A DNA stretch of 64,000 nucleotides from Eledone cirrhosa (GCA_964016885.1 OZ024763.1:28706001-28770000); one strand, 5' to 3'; shown: positions 42,622 through 58,138, numbered from the stretch's first letter. Program-made: numbers and translations. Notes: generated by a model from the letters alone, not told the origin.

Positions 42622-42694
<73 letters not shown>

Positions 42695-42752
42695 ATTGTA
42701 TATAATCTACTATGTATTGAGTACCTTACTGTGATTACCCCCAATTGAACCC

Positions 42753-42823
<71 letters not shown>

Positions 42824-42986
42824 TTTCATATATAAATTGATAGATATATATATCCATGTATGTTTTATACATATACTGCACATGTATATATATATATATA
42901 TATATATATAAATTATTTAAAAAATAATGAATAAACAAAGAAAACAGTTCCTTATATTAAAAACGTAAACTTTTGGTAGATTTATC

Positions 42987-43041
<55 letters not shown>

Positions 43042-43114
43042 TTTCATATATAAATTGATAGATAGTTATATATATATGCATGTATGTTTTATACATATAC
43101 TGCACATGTGTATG

Positions 43115-43145
<31 letters not shown>

Positions 43146-43802
43146 TTGTGTATGCACATATATAAAGATGTCAATCCTCTATTTTAATCCAATAGGTAGT
43201 TTACTTAAGAAACCTGAGATTTCCTTTTCATAAGTTCACACAATTTTATTCTAACTATTGTCATTCATATTAGTAATATTAACATGGTAATGATGATGAT
43301 GATGATTGATACAAATTCAAGGCTGAAGCAGTCCCGTAACAGAAGGGGGTCTATATTACTCCCCCACCCTCCTCACCCCCGACACCCCCTACTATAACAA
43401 GAAATACAATACTGATGCACACACCTCGGGAGCGAACGTTGTGATGCACTAGGTGTTGCAGTAAGAACTCGCATGAAACTAATAATAATAATAATAATAA
43501 TAGTAATAATAAAAATAATTTCTTTTGTTAAATGCTTAACTTTTTTTCTGACTGTTTATTTTTTTTTATATAATAATAATAATAATAATTGTTTCTACTT
43601 TATAATAATAATAATAATAATTTCTTTATTGGCCACAAGAGCTGACATCAAGAAAAAACATTACAGACGGTACAGGACGGTACAGGACGGTACAGGACGG
43701 TACGATGTGGGTTTTGTGCGTGTAAATATTTTTATTATTTATATAAGAAAAGAAAAAGACATAGAAACATATATATATATATATATAAACAATAAAAATG
43801 AA

Positions 43803-43839
<37 letters not shown>

Positions 43840-44141
43840 TTGTCAATAATGATGTCCATGATGATGATGATGGTGATGGTGGTGGTTGTAGTCGTGATGT
43901 TGATGATGTTGTTGTTGTTGGTGGTGGTAATGTTCGTGGTGGTGATGGTGGTGATGATGGTGATGGTAATGGTGGTGGTGATGATGATGATGGTGGCGGT
44001 GGTGATGGTGATGTTCGTGGTGGTGGTGATGATGGTGGCGGTGATGGTGACGGTAGTGGTGGTGGTGGTGGTGATGGTAGTGGTGGTGGTGATGATGGTG
44101 ATGATGATGTGATGTGATGTGATCATTGTGAATTTTTACAG

Positions 44142-44203
44142 CGACATTTCGTGATGTTTTCAATGGTAGTCAATCAACTTTTAAGGAGTTCGGATTCAGC
44201 TAA
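44142..44203 (+). CDS. Weak candidate terminal exon (..TFRDVFNGSQSTFKEFGFS*), product unknown
   Basis: Acceptor-like TTTTTACAG at 44133-44141 opening a unique-sequence island; no recognisable homology. Confidence 0.2.
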
Positions 44204-44521
44204 TGGAGTCCCTACCGTTGCAGCCCTGGGGGCCACCATTTTGAAAAATTGTTATATCAGGCAGGGAGTAGACTCAACTAAAAATAAAATACTATAAATG
44301 AAATAAAATTAATGATAAAAAATAAAACCATAAAAAATTAATGTTTGACTAACTCAAACACATGACAATGACATATATATATGTATATATATATGTATTG
44401 TACATCAATATACACACACAGTTACACACACACACATCCACACACACACCCACAGACAGGCACACATACACATATATATACACTATATATACACATATAA
44501 AAATGTGTACATATATATATA

Positions 44522-44586
<65 letters not shown>

Positions 44587-44678
44587 ATATACATATATAT
44601 TTGTACATGCATATATATAAATACACATGCATATATATATATATATATGCGTATATATGCATGTGTATATGTATATGC

Positions 44679-44719
<41 letters not shown>

Positions 44720-44915
44720 TGTATATATGTATATGTATTTATGTGTGTATGTATATATGTATGTATATATATATATGTATATATATATATGTATATATAT
44801 ATATGTATATATATGTATATATATATATACATATATATGTATATATATGTATATACATATATATGTATATATGTATATATATATACATATATATGTATAT
44901 GTGTATACATATATA

Positions 44916-45041
<126 letters not shown>

Positions 45042-45083
45042 TGTATATGTGTATATCTATATATATATATGTATATATATATG

Positions 45084-45132
<49 letters not shown>

Positions 45133-45203
45133 GTATATGTGTATGTATATATGTATGTATATATGTATGTATATATGTATGTATGTATATATGTATGTAT
45201 GTG

Positions 45204-45237
<34 letters not shown>

Positions 45238-45257
45238 TATATATATATACATGCACA

Positions 45258-45289
<32 letters not shown>

Positions 45290-45488
45290 CATACATACCT
45301 ATATATACATACATACCTATATACATACATACATATATATATACATACATACATATATATATACATACATACATATATATATACATACATACATATATAT
45401 ATATACATACATATAAATATACATACATATATATATATACATACATATATATATATATACATATATATATATACATACATATATATAC

Positions 45489-45527
<39 letters not shown>

Positions 45528-45530
45528 CAT

Positions 45531-45569
<39 letters not shown>

Positions 45570-45655
45570 TACATATATATATATACATATATATACATAC
45601 ATATACATACACATAAATACATATACATACACATAAATACATATACATATATACA

Positions 45656-45702
<47 letters not shown>

Positions 45703-45708
45703 GCATAT

Positions 45709-45789
<81 letters not shown>

Positions 45790-46758
45790 CACACACACAC
45801 ACACACCCATTAATAGGTAGAGCGGAACAACTTTTATTCCCATTTTCACAGTCAGGATAACACTTGGCACGTCGAAGGTCTTCGAAAAAAAAATTGTTTC
45901 AAAATGGCAGGTGTGTGTGGGGGGTTGTATATGGGTGTATGTGGGTGTTGGGAGGGTGTGGATTGAGGGTGGAATGAAAACGACAGCGATACGAGTTCGA
46001 GTTCGTGTTTTATTGAAGAGAAATAGGAAGAAGAATGGAGAAGGGAGTGTGAAGGGGAGAATTTTGGAAAAAGGAAATTTATATCAGATTTGAAAACGAA
46101 AGTAGGAAACGAATGTGAAAGTAAAATTAACCAAAAAGTAAAACAAAATGAAAAAAAAAAACAACACAATTTAATAAAATAAATATACAATAATAATAAA
46201 AACCAAGGGGGAGAGGGGGGGGAGAAAGCGGGAGAGAAGGATTACATCGGATGAGATGATGACCTGCAATGCATTGTTGGTTGGTTGGTGGTTGGATTGA
46301 TATGGGAGGAAGAGAGAAAAAAAAAGAAGGTGGGGGGGGGGGGTATTAAGTTCACTGAAGAGGAAGCATGAGAGTAGGAGTGAAGGGTAGTGGTATGAGT
46401 TTGCGGTGTTGTTATCATATCTTAGTGTAATGTTTATACGAGAAGTATTGAATTTAAAACATGAAAAAAAAAAAAATAATAATAATTAAACCCAAAACAT
46501 AACAAAACGAAAAAGGAAAAAAAAAACCTCCCAAAAACTTCTGCAAGATGACTGACTGATGGGCGTATAAGAGGTGAGAGTGAGCGTGGGGGTGTGGGGA
46601 AGAGGATATCAAAAAGTTACACACGTATTGTTGTTGTATGAATGTGCATGCGTGTGCATTTAAGCATGCATTTTGCAAAATTTACACATATGACCTCATG
46701 CATTTTCATGTGACGAAATTTCGCCGATTAATTTTTCAAACGAAATTGAATGAAATGT

Positions 46759-46793
<35 letters not shown>

Positions 46794-46848
46794 CCCAATA
46801 GTAATAATAAGAATAGCAGTAATAGTAATCGGCCTCGTTGTACTCATG

Positions 46849-46898
<50 letters not shown>

Positions 46899-46984
46899 TG
46901 TTGTATTTCTAGAAATATGAAATGATAATGATAATAATCACATATTAATAATAAGGATAGAATTAGTAATAGTAATCTTCGTGC

Positions 46985-47031
<47 letters not shown>

Positions 47032-47114
47032 TGTATTTCTAGAAATATGAAATGATAAAGATAATAATCACATATTAATAATAAGGATAGAATTAGTAAT
47101 AGTAATCTTCGTGC

Positions 47115-47168
<54 letters not shown>

Positions 47169-47887
47169 TCAATTTTAGTAATAGTAGCAGTAATAGAAGT
47201 CGTCCTCGTAGTAGTAGAAATATAAAATAATGATAATAATAATTGTCTTTATATAAAATTTAAAAAATAACAATATAAAATAAATAGATAAATAAAATAA
47301 AATAAAATAAAATAAACAAATAAATAAATAAATAAACAAATGAAAGAACACTTTTCTACAACTACCACACCACCACCCCACCTCCTCTCAACCGTCAACC
47401 CCCTGTCACCCTCCACCGCCCCTTGTGACTCAAAATTTTAAATGTTTTCGATTCGGAGTTTTAACTGAAACCCACAAAAATTCCTTGGTGAAAAAGACGG
47501 GTAATGGGATTTAAAAGGTTTGAAAATGTTAAAACAACGTCGCTTTAGTTGCTCGGTGTACATTTGGAACACAAATGGGGGAAATGGGAAATGGGCAGAA
47601 CGGCGGGAAAGATTTCTCTTTGAGTAGAAAAATCTCGAAAGGCATAGGAAATGCTTAGCCTTTCTGCCAGCATCTGTTAATTTATATAACAAATGGAAGA
47701 ATATAATCATTTATGCGCTGTTGTTGTTGTTGGTGGTGTTTTTTTTGTGGTTGTTTTTCTTGTTGTATTATTCCGTCTGAACAGAAACAACCAGACAAGC
47801 ACGTATTATTTAATTTATTTTTGCTGTTGCTGTGAAACCGCCTGAAACCGCCCTTGGTTCTATGACACAAAACTGGCTTTTAAAGTG

Positions 47888-47951
<64 letters not shown>

Positions 47952-47999
47952 AGTATGTGTGTGTGTATATATAGAGAGAGATATATCTAAAAATTTTCT

Positions 48000-50210
48000 G
48001 TCATAATTGTATGTAAGAAATTTTAAGTTGTGTTCGAAACGCTAGCTAAATAATGAAAATACTTAATTTTATTACTAAATCATTCTAAAGTATAGATTAT
48101 TTTCAAAACTATTTAAAAATCATAGACATTGTCTGTCATGAGAAATAGGCTAACGAAAGAGTTAACGTGTTAATGGTTTTATTTTAAGAACTTTTGTTAA
48201 GCTATGTTCCAAACACAATCTAAATAATTTTAAAACTTTAATTATATTACTAAAACTTTCCAAATTCTTGAATATTTCAAAATTATTTCAAATGCAGAAG
48301 CATTCTACTCCACAAGAAACATGGTAACGAATGTGTTAGAGTGTTTATCTATATATCTAAAACAAAGAATGTCTGTCTGTCCGTCTGTCAGCTCCCTAAA
48401 ACTCAAGAACCACCCAGACAATTGTTTTCAAACTTTACACATGTAATACGTATGGTCCTGTGAGCGTTTTGAGGAAAAATATTTCAAATTTTCAATGTCC
48501 TAGGGACCGCATTAGGCGATTTAGCGATCTCTCTCTATAATTCTTAGTCTTTCTTTTTAGATAGATACATAGATATAACGTTGCGCCCTTATAATTGTTT
48601 CTACTTTAGGCACAAGGCCAGCAATAACCCAGTGCATTACTGGTACTCTGTCTGTATGTCTGGCTGTCTGCAATACGATATTATGACGCTGTGTGTGTGT
48701 CTGTGTATATATGTATATATAGTGTGTAACGTTTTTCGAAATATTTACTTCTGTGTTCACAGATTGATTTTTTTTAGTTTCAGAAGATCCCCTTAAGGGT
48801 GAAAGCAGCGATTCTTTGCTTAAACTTTAATCTGTTATTTTAATATATATACATATATATATATAATTATATATTCGTGTACAGATATTTTTGCATACGC
48901 AATAACAAAATATAAACAAACGTATTTATTTCACGAGGCTCGATAAGGATAAATATATATCAAATATATAAGAACCCTAGAGCAAATCCCGAGCAACGCC
49001 GGGCCATTCTGCTAGTATTTATCTAAAAAAAAAGCTTTAAAGAACTTTTGTTAAGTTATGTTCCAAACACTAGCTAAATATTTGTTTTTGCATTCGGCAC
49101 AAGGTCAGCAATTTGAAGGAAAGGAGTAAGTTGATTAAATAGACCCTTGTGCATTACTGGTGCTTTATTTATTTATTTAAAAAATTTCTTAAGCACTTTT
49201 GTTAAGCTATGTTCCAAACACTAGCTAAATCATTTTAAAACTTCAATTATATTACTAAATCTTTCCAAATTCTTGAATATTTCAAAATTATTTCAAAAGC
49301 AAAAGCATTCTACTCCACGATAAATCTGGTAAAGAACATGTTAGAGTGTTTATATTCATCAAAACCTTTTGAAAAACTGTTGTCATATTTCATACACTAG
49401 CTAAATAATTAAAAAATAATTAATTATATTATTAAATCATTCTAAGTTACTGATTTTTTTTCAAAATCATTTTAAAAGCATTGACATTCTTCCATGAAGA
49501 ATATGGTAACGAACGTGTTGGAAAGTTTAGATTTATAAAGAAAACTTTTTAAGAACCTTTTTTAAGTTATGTTCCAGACGCTAGATAAATACAGAAAAAC
49601 TTAATTATATTAATAAATTGTTCTAAATTATTAATTATTTTCAAAATTACGTAAAACTCAGACATTCTCTTCTATGAGAAATGTGGGAACGAAGTGTTAG
49701 TGTGTTTATATTTATCTAAAAAAAGCTTTAAAGAACTTTTGTTAAGTTATGTTCCAAACACTAGCCAAATATTTGTTTTTGCATTCGGCATAAGGTCAGC
49801 AATTTGAAGGAAAGGAGCAAGTTGATCAAATCAACCCCAGTTTATTACTGGTACTTTATTTATCTAAAAAAATCTCTTAAGAACTTTTGTTAAGTTATGT
49901 TCCAAACAGCAGCTAAATATTTGTTTCTACTTTCGACACAAGGCCAGCAATGTCAAGGAAAGGAGTAAATTGATCAAATAGACCCCAGTACATGACTGGT
50001 GTTTTATTTATCTAAAAAATCTCTTAAGAACTTTTGTTAAGTTATGTTCCAAACAGCAGCTAAATATTTATTTTTGCATTCGGCACAAGGTCAGCAATTT
50101 GAAGGGAAGGAGCAAGTTGATCAAATCGAGCCCAGTGCATTTACTGGTTCTTTATTTATCTAAAAAAATATTTTCAGAACTTCTGTTATGTTATGTTCCA
50201 AACAGCAGTT
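48000..50210. repeat. Complex AT-rich array; 3' part is a ~148-bp chimeric unit (AT-rich repeat + SINE A tail fragment)
   Basis: TATGTTCCAAAC at ~49749, 49897, 50043, 50192. The first three, and the copy at ~49058, are followed by GGCACAAGGTCAGCAAT..CCCAGT..ACTGGT (antisense SINE tail). Confidence 0.85.
48348..49015 (+). mobile_element. Non-autonomous Helitron, 668 bp
   Basis: 5' A|TCTATATATCTAAAAC with (CTGT)n; 3' hairpin CCCGAGCAACGCCGGG (48988-49003), then CTAG|T; no TSD. Joined flanks GTGTTTA+TATTTATCTAAAAAAA(A)GCTTTAAAGAAC match the empty paralogous site at 49702-49736. Confidence 0.92.
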
Positions 50211-50217
50211 CAAAGAT

Positions 50218-50625
50218 GTGAAGTTTATGGCCAAATGGTTACGATACTTGAAGTAGGATCGTAATGTCCTCGGTTCGATTCCCGATGAGTACTTGAGCAA
50301 AACACTATATTTCACATTACTACAGTATACTCAGCTGAGATGAATCAGTACCAGTAGTAGATGGGGGGTTATACCAGTGCCATATCAAGGGAGAGTATGG
50401 TGCTCTCACTCACTTCACGCCAAGAAAACCGGGGATAAGTACAGGCCTGACGAGTCTTCGGCTGAGAACAGAATTTAATCCTGTGATGAACTGGCGTCCT
50501 GTCCAGGGGGAGTCTTGTACTCTCAGTCAATTCACGCCAAGGAAACAGGGGGATAAGCACCTGACGAGTCTTCGGTTGAGCACAGATTTAAATGCTGTGA
50601 TAAACCGGTGCCCTGTTTAGGGAGG
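50218..50625 (+). mobile_element. SINE family B with duplicated 3' domain (MetaSINE-like)
   Basis: B-box GGTTCGATTCCC; CTTGAGCAAAACAC..ACTCAGCTG; two copies of CTCTCA..TTCACGCCAAG.AAAC.GGGGATAAG..CCTGACGAGTCTTCGG.TGAG. Superfamily label is from memory. Confidence 0.7.
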
Positions 50626-50771
50626 GAGTACAGAAATCTGTCTTTGACTTTTAACCTTCTGAGGTTGAAATGTACCAGTCAAATACTCGGGGTAATTTCA
50701 TTACTCTTTCACCTAAACTTTCTTGGCTTCATGTCTAAATGAGAAATGAGAAATCAATATATGTATATTTC

Positions 50772-50838
<67 letters not shown>

Positions 50839-50975
50839 ATGTTTTGTTAGGTTATATAATGTATATATAAATATATTATATTATAACATTTTATGAATAT
50901 ATATATATATATAAATAAATATATATATATATTTATGAATAAATATATATATATATTTATAAATATATATATATA

Positions 50976-51036
<61 letters not shown>

Positions 51037-51094
51037 TTATATATATTATATATATATATATATATAATTTTTACATATGTGTGTATACCATCAC

Positions 51095-51139
<45 letters not shown>

Positions 51140-52483
51140 ATCACCACGTTTGCGTCTATTACTACGTAAATATGTTTAGATAATATTCTAAATATTCATA
51201 TATATACAGCTATGTTTTTTTTACTCCATTTGTCATTACTTCTGCACTAATTTCTAAAATTCATTATATAGTGAGACATTCCATGGCGAACTTTCTGTAT
51301 AATTCGATTACGTTTGTTTTCAGTTATATATGAACTCTGTAATAATTTTATATCTTATATATATATATATAATTATATTTATGTGTGTGTGTATATATTA
51401 GATATATATATATAGATAATATATATATATATATATAATATATTCATATTATATATATATATAAAATATTCATATTATATATATATATATATAATATTCA
51501 TATTATATATTTTATATATATATATTATATATATTTTATATATATACATATATATATTTGATATATATATATATTATATACATATATATATTTTATATAT
51601 ATATTTTATATATATATTATATATATTATATATGTATATATATATATCATATATTTTATATAAATTTATTATATATATTTTATATATATATATAGATAAT
51701 TTATATATATATCTATATATTTATAAACATATAGAGAAATTAATGAGTATGTATACGCGCACACACACAACATATACCTACATATACACACACACAAAAT
51801 ATACCTACATACACACTGTGTATGTAAGTGTGTGTGTGTGTGTGCTGTGTATGTGTGTGAACTAAGGAGCAATGATATGCTACGGTAATCGGGTGTAACC
51901 AATTAAAACCTATTGAAGACGAATATGTGACAATTCTGTGTGTATATATGTATATATGAATATATATTTATATATACACAAAGGTATGTATGTATAAATG
52001 TGTAAGTATATATGCAAATATGTATGTTTAAGAGTTTACGTATATACTCATGCATACATATCATATATATATATATGTATATATACACACACATTCATTT
52101 ATCTATATCTATCTATCTATCTATCTTTCTCTTTATATATATATATGTATATATATAGAAATATATATATATATATATAAATATATATATTTCCATATAT
52201 ATATATATAAATATATATATTTCCATATATATATACATATATATATATATGTATACATATATATATTTATATATATACATATATATACATGTATACATAT
52301 ATATATTTACATATATACATATATATATATACATATATATATTTACATATATACATATATATATATACATATATATACATACCCATTATATATATACATA
52401 TATATATACATATATATATGTAAATACATACATATGCATATATATAAATATACATATATATATGCATATGTATATATACATAT

Positions 52484-52514
<31 letters not shown>

Positions 52515-52591
52515 CATACACACACACTCACATACACACACACTTACATACACACATACACACATATACACACACACAGATACATATATAC

Positions 52592-52711
52592 CGATAGTTC
52601 TATCCAAGATTTACTTAAAATGAATTCTATCAATGTTATGCAGAATTCTTTAAATATTTCAATCTTCTGTTTCGTTCCGTTGTTTAATTTAAACCTCACA
52701 TTGTGTTCTTT
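52592..52711 (-). CDS. Candidate 120-nt phase-0 internal exon ([40 protein letters not shown]), product unknown
   Basis: Acceptor TTTTTATATAAATTGTTCAG and donor CG|GTATAT on the - strand; only the phase-0 frame is stop-free. Confidence 0.35.
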
Positions 52712-53258
52712 CTGAACAATTTATATAAAAACATATTACAAATTTTAATGGTAATATTATAGAATTTTTTTCAAATTTGTACAAAATGTAATAATCAGTT
52801 CGTTTCGTTTTATAATCCTTCTCATTTATATCATTTTTCTGCGCTGTGTTAAACCATTTTCATTAGAATTGTTATTAGTATCAGAAAGAATTATCATACT
52901 TTTTCTTCTTCGCCTACTTCTTCTTTGTCTTCTTCTTCTTTGATTTCTTCTTTGCCTTCTTCTTTGAATTCTTCTTCGCCTTCTTCTTCTTTGAATTCTT
53001 CTTTGCATTCTTCTTCTTGTTCTTTGTCTTCTTCTTCTTCTCCTTCTTCTTCTTCTTCTTCTGCTTTGTCTTCTTCTTTGTCTTCTTTTTCCTCTTCTTT
53101 GTCTTCTTCTTCTTCTTCTTCTTCTTCTTCTTCTTCTTCTTCTTCTTCTTCTTCTTCTTCTTTTTCTTCTTCCTCTTCTTCTTTGCCTTCTTCTTCTTTG
53201 GCTCATCCTCTCCTCCTTCTTCTTCTTCTTCTTCTTCTTCTTCTTCTTCTTCTTCTTC

Positions 53259-53297
<39 letters not shown>

Positions 53298-53849
53298 ATA
53301 GTAGTAGTAGTAGTAGTAGCATTAGTAGTAGTAGTATTGTTATTGTCATCATTACTATTATATCATCAATAATTATTATTATTAATATTAATATTATATT
53401 ATTATTTATTTTATTTATATATATGTTATTTATATATATATTAGCTTCAAATTTCTGGGGTTTTTTTCGGGAATCTCTTTGAGTAATTCTTTCAATAAGC
53501 CAGTCAGTAATGCTGCCACTAATTTGAACCATTCTTTTCTCAATCGCACCATTTTCAGATTCCTTTCTGATTTAAATTTAAAAAAATATAATGATAATAA
53601 ATATTAATATAAAATATATATAAAATTTGTATAAAATATATATAAAATATATATAAAATGTGTATAAAATATATATAAAATGTGTATAAATTATATATAA
53701 AATATATATAAAATGTGTATAAAATATATATAAAATATATATAAAATTTGTATAAAATATATATAAAATATATATAAAATGTGTATAAAATATATATAAA
53801 ATATATATAAAATGTGTATAAAATAAATATATGATTAAAAGAATAAAAT

Positions 53850-54508
53850 AAACGTATACATATATATATATATATGTGTGTGTGTGTATATATATATATG
53901 TGTATGTGTGTGTGTATATATATATATGTATGTGTGTGTATATATATATGTGTATGTGTGTATGTATATATATTTATATATGAATATATATATATATGTG
54001 TGTGTATATATATATAGTTATATATGTATATATATATGTGTGTGTGTGTGTATATATATATATATTTTTATATGTGTATATTTATATAAATATATGTGTG
54101 TGTGTGTCTATCTACATCTCTGTCTCTCTCTCTCTATATATATATATGTGTGTGTGTATGTATATATATTTATATATGAATATATATATATGTGTGTGTA
54201 TATATATATATAGTTATATATGTATATATATGTATAGGTGTGTGTGTGTATATATATATATTTTTTTATATGTGTATATTTATATAAATATATGTGTGTG
54301 TGTGTCTATCTACATATCTCTCTCTCTCTATATATATATATATGTATATATATATATGTGTGTGTATGTATATATATTTATATATATATGTGTGTGTGTA
54401 TATATATATATATATAGTTATATATGTATATATATGTGTGTGTGTGTGTGTATATATATATTTTTATATGCGTATATTTATATAAATATATGTGTTTGTG
54501 TGTCTACA

Positions 54509-54583
<75 letters not shown>

Positions 54584-54794
54584 ATTTGTATATATTTATA
54601 TATGAAAATATATATATGTGTGTGTGTATATATATATAGTTATATATGTATATATATACATGTGTGTGTGTGTGTATATATATATATTTTTATATGTGTA
54701 TATTTATATAAATATATGTGTGTGTGTGTATATATATATATTTTTATATGTGTATATTTATATAAATATATGTGTGTGTGTGTCTATCTACATA

Positions 54795-54870
<76 letters not shown>
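53850..54870. repeat. Higher-order repeat of compound TA/TG/TC microsatellite blocks (~180-230-bp units)
   Basis: Linkers TATAGTTATATATG, TTTTTATATGTGTATATTTATATAAATATA and TCTACA(TA)TCTC recur in the same order about four times. Confidence 0.85.
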
Positions 54871-54872
<2 letters not shown>

Positions 54873-55616
54873 TGATACATTAAACTAGATATGGTGCTGA
54901 AATATTTAAAACAATAAAAATGAAATATATTATGTTAATAAAACAAAGAGATAGAATTATTTCTAAATTTCTAAATATCCAAATATCTAAGAATCTAATG
55001 CATTTTTTTCTCATTTAATTATGACCGAATATTACGCTTTTCTTTTTTACCTCTTATTCTAGTTTTAATTGAAGAGTTTCAACCAGGCAGGGGCAGGGTT
55101 ACCACAGACTTCAACACTTTGTTAGTGTGTGTGTGTGTGTATGTATTTTTATATTTTAATTCATTAATATAATAATATTATTATCCCCATAGATCGATAA
55201 GTTTATTTCAGTCTGCTGCATATTATATCGATCTATTTATTATGCCTTCGAGATTTTAAGTCTGATAATAAGTCTGTTGACATAGAGTGTTGTGTATATA
55301 ACGTAATACAACTCGACTCCACTCCACTCAAAGAAGTACCTATTTACCTTCCAGTGATACATATATATAAACGGAAACAATGTTGCATTGCATATAGAAA
55401 CAAACAAACGCACACACACATTCACACACACATACACACACAGGCACACACACATATATATATATATATACGTTTTTATACATATATATATAAAGTACAA
55501 AGAAAGTGTGGTGAGGAACAAGATGGACCATAACGCACCAGAGTAGTCTTACCACACTTACTTTGTTATTTAGCTCCTAACAGATCGCGACACTAAATAT
55601 ATATATATTTTTCTAC

Positions 55617-55674
<58 letters not shown>

Positions 55675-55900
55675 AAGGTATATATTGAGTTAGAAACTCA
55701 AAATAGTCTTTTACAATAAAATAGCTGTAGGAAAGAGATTTTTCCGAGCCATATATTATAATTGAATATAAAAGAAAGGTAAACACAGACATATAGATAT
55801 ATGTAATCTAATCGTAAGGGACCAGATATATATATAGAATATAGTAATTATATAATAAATGTTAATCCTTTAAATGTGAAGGTGTCATATTCATGTTACA

Positions 55901-55942
<42 letters not shown>

Positions 55943-56045
55943 TGTATGTATAGTATATTTGGCAATATACCGTATGTTTAATTTAGAAGACATTTAGAAG
56001 ACAATACATTATCAGTTTTAATGTAGTGACTATGTCATTTACTTC

Positions 56046-56136
56046 TTTTCGGCGAAAGAAGGGAGAGAATCTGACAGTCTGTTTCACACTGTTTGGCGTT
56101 CATCAGAGCCACGTATTCCTCTGCTTTCGCCGAAAA
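56046..56136 (-). ncRNA. Type-I hammerhead ribozyme motif with extended, bulged stem I
   Basis: Minus strand: TTTTCGGCGAAAGCAGAGGAAT-ACGTGG-CT-CTGATGA-ACGC-CAAACA-GTGT-GAAA-CA-GAC-TG-TC-AG-ATTCTCTCCCTTCTTTCGCCGAAAA. GUC site; 13-bp terminal helix TTTTCGGCGAAAG/CTTTCGCCGAAAA. Confidence 0.65.
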
Positions 56137-56473
56137 TTATAGAAGCTGGATTCTTATAGAAATCCAGTAATAATCAGGAGCTGATTATACAGAGCGATTG
56201 CCGGTCCAGCAAAAATTAGGTATTATATATATAAACAAATCAATAGAACGAATTGATTAATAAAGATTCTTTTTTCATTAGTACTTAATGTATTATCGAT
56301 ATATTGACTTACTGTTGGAAGAATATTAAGCCACACTTAACTATGTGTATAGATAGCGAGGGTAGGAGAACATTTAGGGCCTTAGATGTACTGAAGACTT
56401 ATATATCAAACTAAGGAATGAGTGTAAAGTTACTTATAAACAAATTAACAATATTTTTGTTCTCTGAATAGAA

Positions 56474-56640
56474 TAATTGTTTCTACTTTTGGCACAAGGC
56501 CAACAATTAGAGTACTATATTTTATCGACCTCGTAAGAATGTAAGGCAATGTAAACCTCTGGGGGATTTAAACTCAGATCATAAAGGGCCATAACTCTGT
56601 GCTGCAAAGTATGGCATCCGAGCCTCTACCGAAACTGCCT
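56474..56640 (-). mobile_element. SINE family A (diverged)
   Basis: Reverse complement of tail, core and head. Confidence 0.85.
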
Positions 56641-56861
56641 CAGAATAATATGGCGTAGTATCATGGCAGGCATTGATTTCATTACGATAATGTGCGGGCG
56701 TAGATTCACATGGATCGTAATGGAAGGCGCCATTTTGATTATTCAAAACATTGTCAGGAAAATGATATAGATTATGAATATAAAGAGAGATCTAGAAAAG
56801 ACAAGAAAAATAAAATAACAAAACATGATAAACAGCAAGTACAACAAAAAAAAAAGAAGGA

Positions 56862-56897
<36 letters not shown>

Positions 56898-56973
56898 GAG
56901 CTGGTGATGTGGTGAAGATTAGAGCCAGACAGAAATATAATCATCATCATTATCAACACCAACGGCATATATA

Positions 56974-57004
<31 letters not shown>

Positions 57005-57330
57005 TCACAGATAAATGTGCATAATCACAGACGCACACAGACGCCTACACAAAGTCACACTATATATATATACACACACATAGATACACGTACGTATGTA
57101 TGCATCCATGTATGTAATACATACATGGATGCATACATATATACATTTATACATATAAGCATACATACATATAAGCATACATATATACATAAATACATAT
57201 AAGCATACATACATACATATAAGCATACATATATACGTATAAACATTCATACGTATATACATATATACATACATACTATGTATGTATATATGTATATACG
57301 TATATATGTATGTATCTCTCTCTCTATATA

Positions 57331-57416
<86 letters not shown>

Positions 57417-57447
57417 GAATGCATATATGTATGTATGAATGCATATA

Positions 57448-57501
<54 letters not shown>

Positions 57502-57531
57502 CAAACATACATATATACATACCTAAGCATG

Positions 57532-57586
<55 letters not shown>

Positions 57587-57912
57587 ACATACATACGTAT
57601 TTCCACTATCGTGTTATGTACATATCAATTTTATCAAGACTGACGTATGTAATAAATTTCAAACATTATCATTATTTTTTGCCTATCAACTAAATCCCTT
57701 GTCTTACATATGAACTGTTAGTTCCTCTTCGGTAGTACCTCCCTCTAGCGGAAACATACATACACACGCATGCTCACATACACACAAGTATATATGAAAA
57801 CACACACACACACAGACACATTCATATATATATATAAATATGTATATATGTATATATATATATGTATGTATATTTATATATATATGTATCTATATTTATA
57901 TATATGTATATA

Positions 57913-57961
<49 letters not shown>

Positions 57962-58138
57962 ATATCTGTGTGTGTTTGTGTGTGTGTATATATCTGTGTG
58001 TGTGTGTGTGTGTGTATATCTGTATGTATGTTTGTGAATATGTATGTGTTTGTGTGAATATGTATGTGTACATGCGTCTGTGTCTGAATATGTATGCGTA
58101 TGTGTGTGTTTGAATATGTATGTATATACGTGTATATG

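Noticed and set aside
50425-50585. CTGACGA motifs in the SINE B tail as type-II hammerheads
   Set aside because: Could not build stems II/III with a correctly placed UH site.
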